Assembly (NCBI GenBank): GCA_965218425.1
Contig: OZ244621.1
Span: 416,001 to 480,000, forward strand
Source: an uncultured Candidatus Binatia bacterium
Lineage (GTDB): Bacteria > Desulfobacterota > Binatia > UBA9968 > CAXXLF01
Direction of reading: 5' to 3'
DNA: 64,000 nucleotides
The translations under genes were made by a program, and so were the position numbers. The notes beneath the pieces are model-generated. The model did not search any database. It saw only the letters and a program-made list of their open reading frames with translations, and was not told where the DNA came from. Shown in pieces: positions 18,245 to 28,599 of the stretch. Numbering within the stretch: the stretch's first letter is position 1; each line of letters starts with the position of its first letter.

Positions 18245-19063
18245 GTGAGGATGTGCGAGGTATTAGAGGTCAGTCGTAGTGGGTACTACGACTGGAGCGG
18301 TCGAGGGGAGTCTCGGCGTAGAGCACAGGATAAGGTTGTGATCAAAGAGATCCGCAAGGTGCACGAGAGCTACAAGGAAGCGTACGGGGCAGTCAAGACA
18401 TGGCTGACGCTGAAGGAGGCGGGGGTGACATGTGGGAAGCATGGGGTGGCGAGGCTGAGGAGTTTAGTGGGGATAGAGACGCGTCGGGTGCAAAGGTTTC
18501 GATTGGCCTACAAGGCTCGTCACAGTGCGCCACCGGCACCGAACTTGTTGCGTCAACGCTTCGAAGCGTCAGGCCCCGACCAGGTATGGATGGCCGATAT
18601 TACCTTCATTGGTACCCGATCTGGGTGGTTATACCTGGCGGTAGTGGTGGACCTTTACTCTCGGCTGGTGGTGGGATGGTCAATGAAGCAACGTCCCACA
18701 CAGGAGTTGGTCAGTGAAGCTTTACTGATGGCTATCGAACAGCGCCAGCCTATGGCGGGGCTGATTCACCATAGCGACCAAGGAATCCAATACGCTAGCA
18801 ATCACTACGTTGAGTTGCTCAAACGCCATGGGGTGGTGCGCAGCATGAGCCGCAAAGGGAATTGCTACGACAATGCAGTGGTCGAGAGTTTGTTCAGCTC
18901 ACTAAAGAATGAACTTGTACACCATCAGGATTATAAGACGAGGCAGGACGCTAGGTCGGATATCTTCGACTACATTGAACTGTTTTATAACCGAAGAAGA
19001 AAGCATGAGTCGTTGGGATACCACACCCCAATGGCATATGACTCGATCAAACGTGTGGCTTAA
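18245..19063 (+). CDS. IS3 transposase OrfB (DDE)
   Basis: WMADIT, HSDQGIQY, GNCYDNAVVESLF. Confidence 0.95.
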   Translation: MRMCEVLEVSRSGYYDWSGRGESRRRAQDKVVIKEIRKVHESYKEAYGAVKTWLTLKEAGVTCGKHGVARLRSLVGIETRRVQRFRLAYKARHSAPPAPNLLRQRFEASGPDQVWMADITFIGTRSGWLYLAVVVDLYSRLVVGWSMKQRPTQELVSEALLMAIEQRQPMAGLIHHSDQGIQYASNHYVELLKRHGVVRSMSRKGNCYDNAVVESLFSSLKNELVHHQDYKTRQDARSDIFDYIELFYNRRRKHESLGYHTPMAYDSIKRVA

Positions 19064-19472
19064 TTAACTGTCCGTGAAACCCGGGTCGCTTCAACTTGAC
19101 CCCGTTTCCTGACCCCAGATCAAAAACCCTATCTTGCCTGCGGAGTTTAACAAAATGGGCCAGGAGGACCGCATCCAGGGAAAAGCGGTATCCACCCTTA
19201 CCCTGGAAGACAGACACCTTGCCGCCCAATAGCCCATCCAGGGTTTCATCCCTGCGTGGTTTGATTGATTTCATCATAACATTGCCAAATGGCGTAGTTT
19301 TTTGATAATATATCTAAAATTACTCCAAATTTGAATTTTCGTTTGAAAATCAAATCCGGCGTCCATATCTGAAGGATAGAACACAGGGAATCCGGGGGCA
19401 TCACCAGGACTTGTAACACTCTTGAGCAACCGTATCTCCTACTCTGCCCAATGAATCGGAATCGCTGCAAAC

Positions 19473-20327
19473 GTGGGAACTGAAACTCTGGAAAAGGCGA
19501 AAGTTGAATCTTGGAATGGCAAGACCAGCGGCTCTGGTGCCGTCCTGGTAAGTCAGTTGCTTGCACTCCTAGGTTATCTAGGTCGCTCCACCCTGCATAA
19601 TCTTGCCGAAATGGGGAGGATGTTCCTTTTTCTTTTTTCTTCCATTCTCTGGTTCTTTCACCCTCCCGCTCAGATCCATCTCATCATCCAACACATCAAG
19701 AGTGTTGGCGTCGACTCCCTCATGGTAGTTCTCCTGTCCGGTCTATTCACCGGGATGGTGTTGGGACTGCAGGGTTACTATACGTTGGCAAAGTTTCAGG
19801 CAGAGACCTGGCTCGGATCTGCCGTCGCGCTGGGCCTCATACGTGAGCTGGGCCCTGTGCTCTCGGCTTTTATGGTTACCGGGCGGACCGGATCCGCCAT
19901 GGCGGCTGAGCTCGGCACCATGAGGGTCACGGAACAAATCGATGCCCTTTATTCCATGGCCATTAACCCCATCAAATATCTCGTCTCTCCACGGATCGTC
20001 GCCGGCGTCATCGCCATGCCCCTGCTCACTGCCCTCTTCGACGTGGTGGGTATCTTTGGGGCGTATTTGATCGGTGTGGGTCTTCTGGATGTGAGTTCAG
20101 GGAGCTATTTTTCCGGCATGGAGAAGAGTGTCGTCTTTCGAGATGTGTTCAGTGGATTCTTGAAATCCATCAGCTTCGGTTTGATCATTACCTGGATCTG
20201 TTGTTACAAGGGATTTAATGCCCCTCCCATGGCCACCGGGGTGAGTCGCGCCACCACCGAATCCGTGGTGCTATCCTTTGTCCTCATTCTTGTTTGGGAC
20301 TACTTTTTGACTTCGGTTTTACTTTAA
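19473..20327 (+). CDS. mlaE: MlaE family lipid ABC transporter permease
   Basis: RELGPVL, GRTGSAMAAELGTMRVTEQIDAL. Confidence 0.95.
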   Translation: MGTETLEKAKVESWNGKTSGSGAVLVSQLLALLGYLGRSTLHNLAEMGRMFLFLFSSILWFFHPPAQIHLIIQHIKSVGVDSLMVVLLSGLFTGMVLGLQGYYTLAKFQAETWLGSAVALGLIRELGPVLSAFMVTGRTGSAMAAELGTMRVTEQIDALYSMAINPIKYLVSPRIVAGVIAMPLLTALFDVVGIFGAYLIGVGLLDVSSGSYFSGMEKSVVFRDVFSGFLKSISFGLIITWICCYKGFNAPPMATGVSRATTESVVLSFVLILVWDYFLTSVLL

Positions 20328-20329
20328 GT

Positions 20330-21082
20330 ATGGGGATGATCCAGGTCGTTGAACTGCATAAGACGTTTGCCGACCACCAGGTCTTGAGGGGTGTGAACCT
20401 AACGATTGAACCGGGAAAAATCACCACGATTATCGGCGGAAGCGGCAGTGGCAAGACGGTGCTCCTCAAGCACCTGAACGCCCTCCTTCTGCCGGACCGG
20501 GGACAGGTCCTGGTGGACGGAGTGGATATAACCAAATTAAGGCAGAATAGACTCAACAAGGTTAGGAACAAGTTCGGCGTGCTGTTCCAGGGGGCCGCGC
20601 TGCTGGACTCGTTTAGTCTCTTTGATAACGTAGCCTTCCCGCTGAGGGAAAAGACCGAGATGAACGAAACCGAAATCGAGAAGAAAGTCATGGAGCGATT
20701 GGAGCAGGTGGGTCTTGAGAAATGGGGGTATAAATTCCCCGCGCAAGTCAGTGGGGGCATGAAGAAAAGGGCCGGGTTGGCGCGAGCCCTGGTACAGGAC
20801 CCCGAGATCGTTTTATTCGACGAACCCACTACGGGCCTGGATCCCCTCTTGGCAAAAAGCATCCACGACCTGATCTTCAGTTCCCATTCTCGTTTCGGTT
20901 TCACCGGAGTCATTGTGAGTCACGACATCCCCGACGTCTTCGAGATCTCCCATATCATTGCCATGCTCGCCAACGGTGTCATTGAAGAAGTTGGAACACC
21001 CCAGGAAATTCAGAAATCCAAAAATCCAATTGTCACACAGTTTCTCAAAGCTGAGACTGAAGGTCCCATGGAAGTCTTGTAG
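20330..21082 (+). CDS. mlaF: MlaF family ABC ATPase
   Basis: GGSGSGKT, VSGGMKKR, LFDEPTTGLDP; adjacent to mlaE. Confidence 0.93.
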   Translation: MGMIQVVELHKTFADHQVLRGVNLTIEPGKITTIIGGSGSGKTVLLKHLNALLLPDRGQVLVDGVDITKLRQNRLNKVRNKFGVLFQGAALLDSFSLFDNVAFPLREKTEMNETEIEKKVMERLEQVGLEKWGYKFPAQVSGGMKKRAGLARALVQDPEIVLFDEPTTGLDPLLAKSIHDLIFSSHSRFGFTGVIVSHDIPDVFEISHIIAMLANGVIEEVGTPQEIQKSKNPIVTQFLKAETEGPMEVL

Positions 21083-21093
21083 GAGCCTCATTG

Positions 21094-21549
21094 ATGAATC
21101 AGTCGCGGGTCGATATTCTGGTAGGCATCTTCGTTCTTGCGGGGATGATCAGTCTCGGTTATCTCGCCATCAGCCTCGGGAAACTCGAGGTCATGGGGAG
21201 CAGCGGGTACACCGTTTACGGCGACTTCGCCTCAGTGGCGGGTCTCAAGGTGGGAGACCCGGTGGAGATTGCCGGGGTGAAGATTGGAAGAGTTGAATCC
21301 ATTAACCTAGCCGACGGAAGGGCCCGCCTGGGGTTCCGAATTGAGCCCAGCGTGACGCTGCAGGACGACGTCATTGCATCCGTCCGGTCCCGCGGACTTA
21401 TTGGCGATAAATTCGTTCTGCTTACCTTGGGCGCCTCGGACCGAGTCCTCAAAAACGGCGGCAAGATTCGAGACACCGAGTCGCCCCCCGACTTAACGGA
21501 GGTCCTGGGTAAGTTCATCGGCGGCGATTTTTCATCAGGAAAGAAGTAA
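21094..21549 (+). CDS. mlaD: MlaD/MCE domain protein
   Basis: N-terminal TM, GLKVGDPVEIAGVKIGRV, GLIGDKFV. Confidence 0.93.
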   Translation: MNQSRVDILVGIFVLAGMISLGYLAISLGKLEVMGSSGYTVYGDFASVAGLKVGDPVEIAGVKIGRVESINLADGRARLGFRIEPSVTLQDDVIASVRSRGLIGDKFVLLTLGASDRVLKNGGKIRDTESPPDLTEVLGKFIGGDFSSGKK

Positions 21550-21566
21550 CGACGTCGGGTTGAGAC

Positions 21567-24139
21567 TCACTCGTACCCCACCGCCGCAACGATATTGGCG
21601 GAGGCAGCCTCCCGGGCCGGCACACAAGCAGCCAACAGGCAGAGCACAACAGCCAGAACCAAGCAGGCCAAGGCCACCCCAAAGGGGTAGTGGTACTGGA
21701 AGGTCCAGCCGGTGAGGATCTTCGTGTTGTAGACCACGTGCTGGTAAGAGATGATGGTTCCAGAAACCAAGCCCAGGATACCTCCCGCCAAGCCTATCCA
21801 ACCCGCCTCCGCCACCACCATCAGCTTGAGTTGACCCTTTGTGGCACCGATGGCCCGCAAGACCCCAATCTCGCGGTTTCGATCCAAGACCGAGGTGAGC
21901 AGCGTATTGATCACGCTCAAAACGGACACCACAACGGCCACCAATAAAACCGCGTAGTTCACAATAAATGACTGCTCCATGATTCCCACCACGCTCTCCC
22001 TCAACTCCCGGTGGGTGCTCACAAACAGCTGGTACTTTTCTCCGTAGTCCCTCTTGACTGTCTGGATCACGGCCTGCTCGTCGGTGCCCGGGGTCAGCCA
22101 CAGATCAAAGGCATCCACCAGATCGTCTTTCCACAACCGCTTGTACAGTGCGCGGTCGATCAAACGCTGCCTGAATCCGACGAATAGTCCATATATACCC
22201 CCAGCACTGTAAACCGCTGTATGCCGGATGGCGTGGCAAGCTCCATCATGTCCCCCTGTCCCTTACCAAAACGGGCCGTAAAGCTCTCGCTCACAATTAC
22301 CCCTGCGCCCTCTGCCATCTGACTCAGCGCCTCTGTCTTTCTGCCCTCCACCATGGGCAGATCACGTACCGTTTGAGAGTCCTTAGCCGAGAAGGATTCC
22401 ACCAGGATGGGCTTCCCCTGATAGGTGGATCGAATCAAGCGATAGAAATCCACCACCCGAACTCCACTTAGGTTCTTGAGTTCGTCTGCAAGGTCTTCCT
22501 CTCTAAGAGAGACGTTCATGGGACCAGCCGTCCTTGCGCTGGAAGTCACGATAAGATCCGCCGTGACCATCCGATCCACCCAGGATATGAGGGAACCCCG
22601 CACGCTATTGATAAAGGCCGCAATGGTAAAAATGGATGCGAGGCTGATCATCAGGGTTGCAACCGTGATGCCGGAGCGAACGGCGCTCCGGTCCAGGTTG
22701 TCGATGCCCAATCGGCCTCCCACCCAGTTGAAGGGCTCCATGCACAGGCGGAGGAAGCGAACACTCCAGTGGAGGAATAGCGAGGAGAGAAAGCATAGGG
22801 CAAGCAAGAAAACCAGCGCGGCAGCCATCCCCAACGTAAACCCTCGCACACCACTTAGGCCACCAGGCGAAAAGACCCAGACCAATACAGCGGCCATGAG
22901 CAACAGAAAGCCAAAAACAGTCGCGCGCACCGGTCTCTGGGACCTGGGAGACCACACCGCTCGCCGGTAGTTTTCCAGTGGGCTCACCCGCGTTGCCTCC
23001 CATGCGGGGTAAAGGGCCGCCACCAGGGATACCCCCAACCCGCTTGCTAGACCGATCCACAAATCACGCCAGGAAAAGGCCGTGCTTGTTAGATCCACTT
23101 CAAAGAAGAGATTGCTCACGCTCTGTACCGTTAGAAGCACGGCACCCTTGGCCAAAAGGAGCCCTATGGCAACCCCTGCCAGAGACCCCGGCAGGGCTAT
23201 CAGGAGGGCCTCCAACATGAGGAGCTTCAGGAGATCCCGTCTGAGTAGTCCCAGACAACGCAGAGTGCCAATCTCCCGCTTTCTTTGCACCACAGAGATG
23301 GCAATGGTGTTGTAGATGAGAAAAAACCCAACGAAGAGAGCAATCAAACTCACAAAAAAGAGCCCCACCCGAAAGGAAGTGAGCAGCGACTCGATCTGTT
23401 CCCCCCGCTCCTTGGGTCGCTCCACCATGGCTACTCCCTTCAACGCTGCCGCGACTCTTTTTCTTACCGCATCGATTTCCTCCCCCTCCTCAACGGTCAG
23501 GTCCACGATGTCGAGTTTCCCCTCTTTACCGAAGGCCCTTTGAGCCACCGGCAGATCCATCAGTGCAAAACTACCGCCGAAGACCTTTGCCGTGCCTTGC
23601 TCCTTCAGCAGACCACGCACGGTGTAGTCCTGTGTCCCAACACTAGTGTTCAGCGTTACCTTCGAACCCACGGGAAGCCCCAGTCGACGTGAAAGGGACT
23701 CCGTCAGGGCGATGGAGTCTGGCCGGGCAATAAAATTCAACGCGCTATCGAAGCTGAACGAGGTACCGGCAAATTGATGGTCACGGATAAAGAAATCGGT
23801 CAGGAAATCCACTCCATAGACAAAAAGCCGCTCGCCTTTAAAGTCAACCAAGGGAAGAAACCCTTCCACCGCCGGCGCCGCCTCCTTCACCCCCGCTGTG
23901 TCGCGGATGAGCGGGTAGAACGACTCCTTCACGCCGCTCTCTGCGTTCACCACCTGCAGCACTGCCTTTCCGGCAATGAGGTCAATGGTCCGTTGAAAGG
24001 AGACGCTCAGGGTCCTGTTGACGATGGAGATGGAGGCGATAACGGCCACGCCAAGCGCGATCCCAAGAAGGGTGAGCCAGGTGCGCAGCTGATGCTGTTT
24101 GAAATGCGGTAGAGTAAGGGAGGTGATAAGTCGGATCAC
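21567..24139 (-). pseudogene. FtsX/MacB-like ABC permease split by a single-base frameshift
   Basis: TLLGIALGVA, QRKREIGTLRCLG, DRNREIGVLRAIGA; one more T at 22162-22164 joins both ORFs (GSVLIDR). Confidence 0.85.
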
Positions 24140-24813
24140 GACGGGCTTTCCTCCTCAATGAGACCGTCGCTCAGGTGGATGACCCGATGGCCGTATTCCG
24201 CGGCACCGGGGTTATGGGTCACCATCACCACCGTACAGCCTTCCTCCTGGTTGATGCGGCCCATCAACTCCAGGATCGCCTCCCCGGTCTTTGAATCGAG
24301 ATTTCCCGTTGGTTCATCCGCCAGTAGAATGGGCGGGGAAAAAACCAATGAGCGGGCGATGGCCACCCGCTGATTTTCGCCTCCGGATAGCTCCTCTGGA
24401 AGATGGTCCATGCGCTCGGAGAGACCAACCCGCTCCAGCAGGACTTCCGCCCTATCCCGCGCCTTGGTCCTGACCTGCTTGTCCAGTATCAAGGGGAGCA
24501 TCACGTTCTCCATAGCCGTAAGGGTTGGCAGGAGATTGAAGAACTGAAAGATGAAACCGATATTTCGCCGCCTGAAAAGGGTGACGGGATTGTCCGGCAT
24601 CTGAGAGATGATCCGCCCCGCCACCATCACCCCCCCCTCCGTAGGTCGATCCAATCCCCCCATGAGATGAAGCAGGCTGCTTTTTCCGGAGCCACTGGGC
24701 CCCATGATGACGGCGAATTGTCCCTCGGGAATAATCAGCGAAACTCCCGCCAGTGCGTAGACCTCGTTCTTTCCCTGACGATAAACCTTACGGACATTGA
24801 ACAGGCGAATCAT
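24136..24813 (-). CDS. LolD/MacB-type ABC ATP-binding protein
   Basis: GPSGSGKS, LSGGENQR, LADEPTGNLD. Confidence 0.95.
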   Translation of the reverse strand: MIRLFNVRKVYRQGKNEVYALAGVSLIIPEGQFAVIMGPSGSGKSSLLHLMGGLDRPTEGGVMVAGRIISQMPDNPVTLFRRRNIGFIFQFFNLLPTLTAMENVMLPLILDKQVRTKARDRAEVLLERVGLSERMDHLPEELSGGENQRVAIARSLVFSPPILLADEPTGNLDSKTGEAILELMGRINQEEGCTVVMVTHNPGAAEYGHRVIHLSDGLIEEESPS

Positions 24814-24862
24814 GGTCGATGGCGTTTAGACGGACAGGAAACAAAAGAGGCGGACAACCCTG

Positions 24863-25261
24863 TTAAAGGCCCTCTTCACCCTCCAGGATAAGACTCGGGA
24901 TCTGTAGCTGTGGAGCTGGCCCACCCTTTTGATGGGCGGCCTCGATCTCACTCAAGTTAGCCTTTACCCCGAGAGTGAAGGTGTCCACGTTCACTCTGCG
25001 ATGGACCGGCGCATAGGCTGCGAGTTTTTCCAGCCCAGCGCGCATTAGCTTGATGGCTCCTATCAAGACCTCCTGCTCCCATTTAAAATAACCTGCGGCA
25101 ACTTGAATAATACCTTGGTAAAACAGGCGGTCATGGCCATGGTCCTCTAGCCAGATCTCCTCCAGGGTCTCATGGCACTGGTAAAAAAGCCCCCGGTTAA
25201 ACTCCTCCATCCCTTTGAGGAAGCGGGGATCCCACTCAGTTTCTATGATCTTCGTATCCAT
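24863..25261 (-). CDS. DUF309 domain protein
   Basis: FNRGLFYQCHETLEEIW, YQGIIQVAAG; start uncertain (25261 or 25285). Confidence 0.85.
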   Translation of the reverse strand: MDTKIIETEWDPRFLKGMEEFNRGLFYQCHETLEEIWLEDHGHDRLFYQGIIQVAAGYFKWEQEVLIGAIKLMRAGLEKLAAYAPVHRRVNVDTFTLGVKANLSEIEAAHQKGGPAPQLQIPSLILEGEEGL

Positions 25262-25308
25262 GCTATGATTACTAATCTCGTACATTTATAGCATGCTGAT
25301 TGGGAACA

Positions 25309-26601
25309 ATGACAGAAACAAAGTCTATTACAAATGAAGTCAGGTTAAAGATCGATTCTCTCTCCTACGGTCCGTACGGGATTGGCAGGGACCAAGGCCG
25401 GGTGATCCTCGTGCCACAAACCGCCCCCGGAGACGAGGGGGGAGTGAAGATCGTTGAAGAGAAAAAGAACTACGCCGTGGGCAAGCTCACCCGTCTCGTT
25501 AAATCCTCCACGGTGCGACGGACCCCACCCTGCCCTCACTTCGGCAGCTGCGGCGGATGTCCCTGGCAGCATATTGAATACTGGGCCCAGCTTGTCGCCA
25601 AGGAAAAGAGCATAACGGACGCACTGCGACGCATCGGCAAGCTCGATCGATATGAAATGTTTCCGATCCTCCCCTCCCCGCAGGAATACCGCTACCGCCG
25701 TCGCATCCGGCTACACACCGATGAGCAGAACAGACTCGGCTTTCACCGGGCGTTCTCCCATGACTTGGTGGAGATCGATTCCTGCCTCATTGCCGATCCA
25801 AGGGCCGATCAGAGTCTGAGTGCCGCCAGAGAGTGGATCAGACAGCTGGGCACGGAGGTTCGATACCTGCAGATTGTGGTGGGAGATCTGGGGAAAAAGG
25901 CCATCCTGGTGGGACGAGCGGATGGAGACTTCCGCGCTGAGGATAATTCGGTTTGTACTGAACTGTTAGAGAACCATGGCGAGATAGGCGGGTTGATTTT
26001 GTCCGGGTCGGGCTGGCGTCACTCTTGGGGACAGGAAAAAACCCTTCTACGGTTGGACAGCGGCTCATGGGCTGAGGTGGACGGAGACCTCTTCATGCAG
26101 GTGAACCGAGAGGCCAACCATCGGCTGGTGGATCTGGTCCTTCGATGGGGAGAGTTCAATCAACAGGACCGTCTGCTGGAACTCTTCTGCGGGGGCGGAA
26201 ACCTCACATTGCCCATGGCCCGCCTGAGCCATGAGGTGGTGGCAGTGGAATGGAACCGCCGCTCCATCAAGAGCGGGGAGCGCAGCGGTCAGCTGAATCA
26301 GGTGGAAAATATTCAATGGCTCTGTTCCGACGTCTCCAGGGCAGTGTATCGAATGGCCAAAAGAAAAAATCGCTTTTCTAAAATCATCCTGAACCCACCC
26401 AGAACAGGTGCCAAGGGGTTGGAGCACGACCTTGCGTCTCTGCAGGCTCAAAAGATTTTTTATATCTCCTGCGACCCCGCCACCCTGGCACGGGACCTTT
26501 CCGCCCTGACCAAGAACGGTTACCGCTTGACCCGGATCCAACCCATCGATCTCTTTCCACATACCTTTCACGTGGAAACCCTCGCCGAGCTTGTGGCTTA
26601 A
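25309..26601 (+). CDS. rlmD: 23S rRNA m5U methyltransferase, RlmD/TrmA family
   Basis: TRAM domain, CPHFGSCGGC cluster motif, FMQVN, NPPR, YISCDPATLARD, FPHTFHVE. Confidence 0.88.
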   Translation: MTETKSITNEVRLKIDSLSYGPYGIGRDQGRVILVPQTAPGDEGGVKIVEEKKNYAVGKLTRLVKSSTVRRTPPCPHFGSCGGCPWQHIEYWAQLVAKEKSITDALRRIGKLDRYEMFPILPSPQEYRYRRRIRLHTDEQNRLGFHRAFSHDLVEIDSCLIADPRADQSLSAAREWIRQLGTEVRYLQIVVGDLGKKAILVGRADGDFRAEDNSVCTELLENHGEIGGLILSGSGWRHSWGQEKTLLRLDSGSWAEVDGDLFMQVNREANHRLVDLVLRWGEFNQQDRLLELFCGGGNLTLPMARLSHEVVAVEWNRRSIKSGERSGQLNQVENIQWLCSDVSRAVYRMAKRKNRFSKIILNPPRTGAKGLEHDLASLQAQKIFYISCDPATLARDLSALTKNGYRLTRIQPIDLFPHTFHVETLAELVA

Positions 26602-27536
26602 AACTTTACCCTCACCCGATAGCGGAGCTTGGCCTCTTCATCCTTTTCCACAGGGACGTCGAACCGCACCGTATGGGCTTCCACATCCTCATAGTCATGG
26701 CTGTTCTGCACGATCTCCCAGTCACCAGGGATCGGCTCGACGACGCTCACCGTAACCGGCGTCTCCTTATGATTGCGTAGTTTAATCTCAAATGAAACCT
26801 CATAGAGGCCGGTGGCTAGCTTCCGCCACTCCGTCTGTTTTCTCTTCGCCACCACATCGAAGGCGTCTCCCATCTTCACTCTGACGGTCTCTTCCTTAGG
26901 GGTATGATCGATCCGATCCTCACCGATAAATTGCAGGCTTGCGTCACCGTCCGCCTTGTAGACTCGCACGGTCCCTTTGGGTAAAGGCACACCGAGACGA
27001 TTCTCTTTCTTGTTGGCGGTCTCCACGTAGACCCCTACCTTCTGATTGGATACCGGCACACCGTAACGGTTCTGGTAGTAGTGCTGCGCCCCATAGTAAA
27101 GGAAGCGTTTGTTCACCGGCACCTCAATGCCGTTACTCAGTAGCATGATTTCCTCGCCCACAAATTTTTCCAATAGCTTCTGGGGTGTCAGCAGATCGTA
27201 CTCATAGTTCTGTTCGAGGATCTCCAGCAGTGACGGATCGATCAAGGACTTGACATGGACCGTTTGCGGCATGATCTGCGCCGCAACACCACTAAACTTG
27301 AGCTCAGCTAGACCCGGGAGCAACTGGATCCTCCGCACGTCCTTCACCAATCCCATGTTGCTGTTGTACACAGTGACCGAGACGCCTTCCCGGTCACCTA
27401 TGGCGGCAATGTGTCTATGTGTGGTTTCTAACGCTGCGGGGGCCTGACTCCCTCTCAACGGCGGCAGGAATGCCAACGTTGCAGATGCAAAGGCCAAGCC
27501 GGTTGCTAAAAGTATGGTTTTTAAATTCGCCCTCAT
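26598..27536 (-). CDS. DUF4139 domain protein, probably internally deleted
   Basis: VSVTVYNSNMGLVKDVR, EQNYEYDLL, PLPKGTVRVY, FIGEDRIDHTP; the central region expected from homologs is absent at IEVPV/NKRF. Confidence 0.75.
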   Translation of the reverse strand: MRANLKTILLATGLAFASATLAFLPPLRGSQAPAALETTHRHIAAIGDREGVSVTVYNSNMGLVKDVRRIQLLPGLAELKFSGVAAQIMPQTVHVKSLIDPSLLEILEQNYEYDLLTPQKLLEKFVGEEIMLLSNGIEVPVNKRFLYYGAQHYYQNRYGVPVSNQKVGVYVETANKKENRLGVPLPKGTVRVYKADGDASLQFIGEDRIDHTPKEETVRVKMGDAFDVVAKRKQTEWRKLATGLYEVSFEIKLRNHKETPVTVSVVEPIPGDWEIVQNSHDYEDVEAHTVRFDVPVEKDEEAKLRYRVRVKF

Positions 27537-27663
27537 GTTGTCCTCCTCTGTCCCAATTCCAGGACGGTTTTTTTAGTACTGCCTGGTTAGACAGGGGGAC
27601 GCAGAAAATTGTTCCAAATTTCTCGAGAGGGCGACAACCACCTGAAGTATTTAGTGTTTTTGC

Positions 27664-28599
27664 TTATTGGGATTGAGCTATCGGCAGGATGGTGATCTGA
27701 ATGCGGAGCCGTTCAGCTTCTGTTGCCGGATCGGCGGGCTCGGTGGAAACGACCTTAGCGTCTTCAATGCTTCCTAGCGATGCCAACGCGGATTTGAATC
27801 GCTGGTATTCTGTAGCCGGGATGGTGATCCAGAGGATCTCTGGTTGGGAAGGCGAGTCCTGTTTCATTTTCTTGACGGCATCTCGCGGTCGTGTGACCTG
27901 TCCTTGGAATTTTTTCACCAGCTCATCAAGTTGTTGCCGCAGATCCTTGCCTCCTTGGGAGACGGTCCGCGGCTCTAGAGCCAACCGGTATTGGCCGGCC
28001 TGGGGAGCCGGTCTCTTTGCCGGTTCCGTTCTCCGCCTGGGCGCCGCCCGCATCTCCTTCAGCGCCCTGTCTCGGGAGTTCAATGCGCCTGCGGCCCCCG
28101 CCATTTCATCGGCCGGCTCGGCCTTCTTCTGGGACAGGGCCATGGGCGCGGCAGCGCGGGGCACCCGTTGCGCATTGCTCTCTTTGAAGTCCTGCCGTAA
28201 GGCCATTTCCGATTCGGCGGGCAACGACTTTAACAACTCCCTCTGCGGCGGCTCACCCTTCTGATAGAGATAGACGGCGAGGATTCCCACGAGCACCACG
28301 GCCGTGGCATGAATGGGTATCTTGATCCTGAAGGGTTGGAAGATACGTTCCCAGAGGCTGGGTCCTGCTGCCTCCCCACGCACTTGTGCCATAACCTTTC
28401 GAGCGAATCCCGGTGGCGGATCAACGGACGGAAGACTCGCCACGCTCTTTATGCTCTCCGCTAGGTCATCCGCCACCGCCAGACAGTTGGGGCAGAGATA
28501 GAGATGGTCTTCCACCGCCCGGTGTCTGCCCGATTCAAGGGTGCCCCCCAGATAGTCGGAAAGCCAGGCTTGGATCTCTTCACATTCCGTTACTGCCAT
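27664..28599 (-). CDS. Zinc-finger (zf-HC2) anti-sigma factor
   Basis: EDHLYLCPNC HxxxCxxC motif, single TM, overlaps the ECF sigma stop. Confidence 0.88.
   Translation of the reverse strand: MAVTECEEIQAWLSDYLGGTLESGRHRAVEDHLYLCPNCLAVADDLAESIKSVASLPSVDPPPGFARKVMAQVRGEAAGPSLWERIFQPFRIKIPIHATAVVLVGILAVYLYQKGEPPQRELLKSLPAESEMALRQDFKESNAQRVPRAAAPMALSQKKAEPADEMAGAAGALNSRDRALKEMRAAPRRRTEPAKRPAPQAGQYRLALEPRTVSQGGKDLRQQLDELVKKFQGQVTRPRDAVKKMKQDSPSQPEILWITIPATEYQRFKSALASLGSIEDAKVVSTEPADPATEAERLRIQITILPIAQSQ

Larger units (their letters stand above)
17851..19093 (+). mobile_element. IS3-family element, copy 1 (1243 bp)
   Basis: IRs TGAGGTAGCCCAGGTTTGACGGACA / TGTCCGTGAAACCCGGGTCGCTTCA; orfA and orfB with an AAAAAAG slippery site. 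Confidence 0.96.
17283..19277 (-). pseudogene. tRNA1(Val) A37 N6-methyltransferase-like SAM methyltransferase, interrupted by IS3 and frameshifted
   Basis: GYRFSLDAVLLAHF..DLGSGNGV [IS] IPLLLA..VVSNPPY..ARHE; one missing G at 17530-17534; then PKRVRFVH..LVLVEG. Confidence 0.9.
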
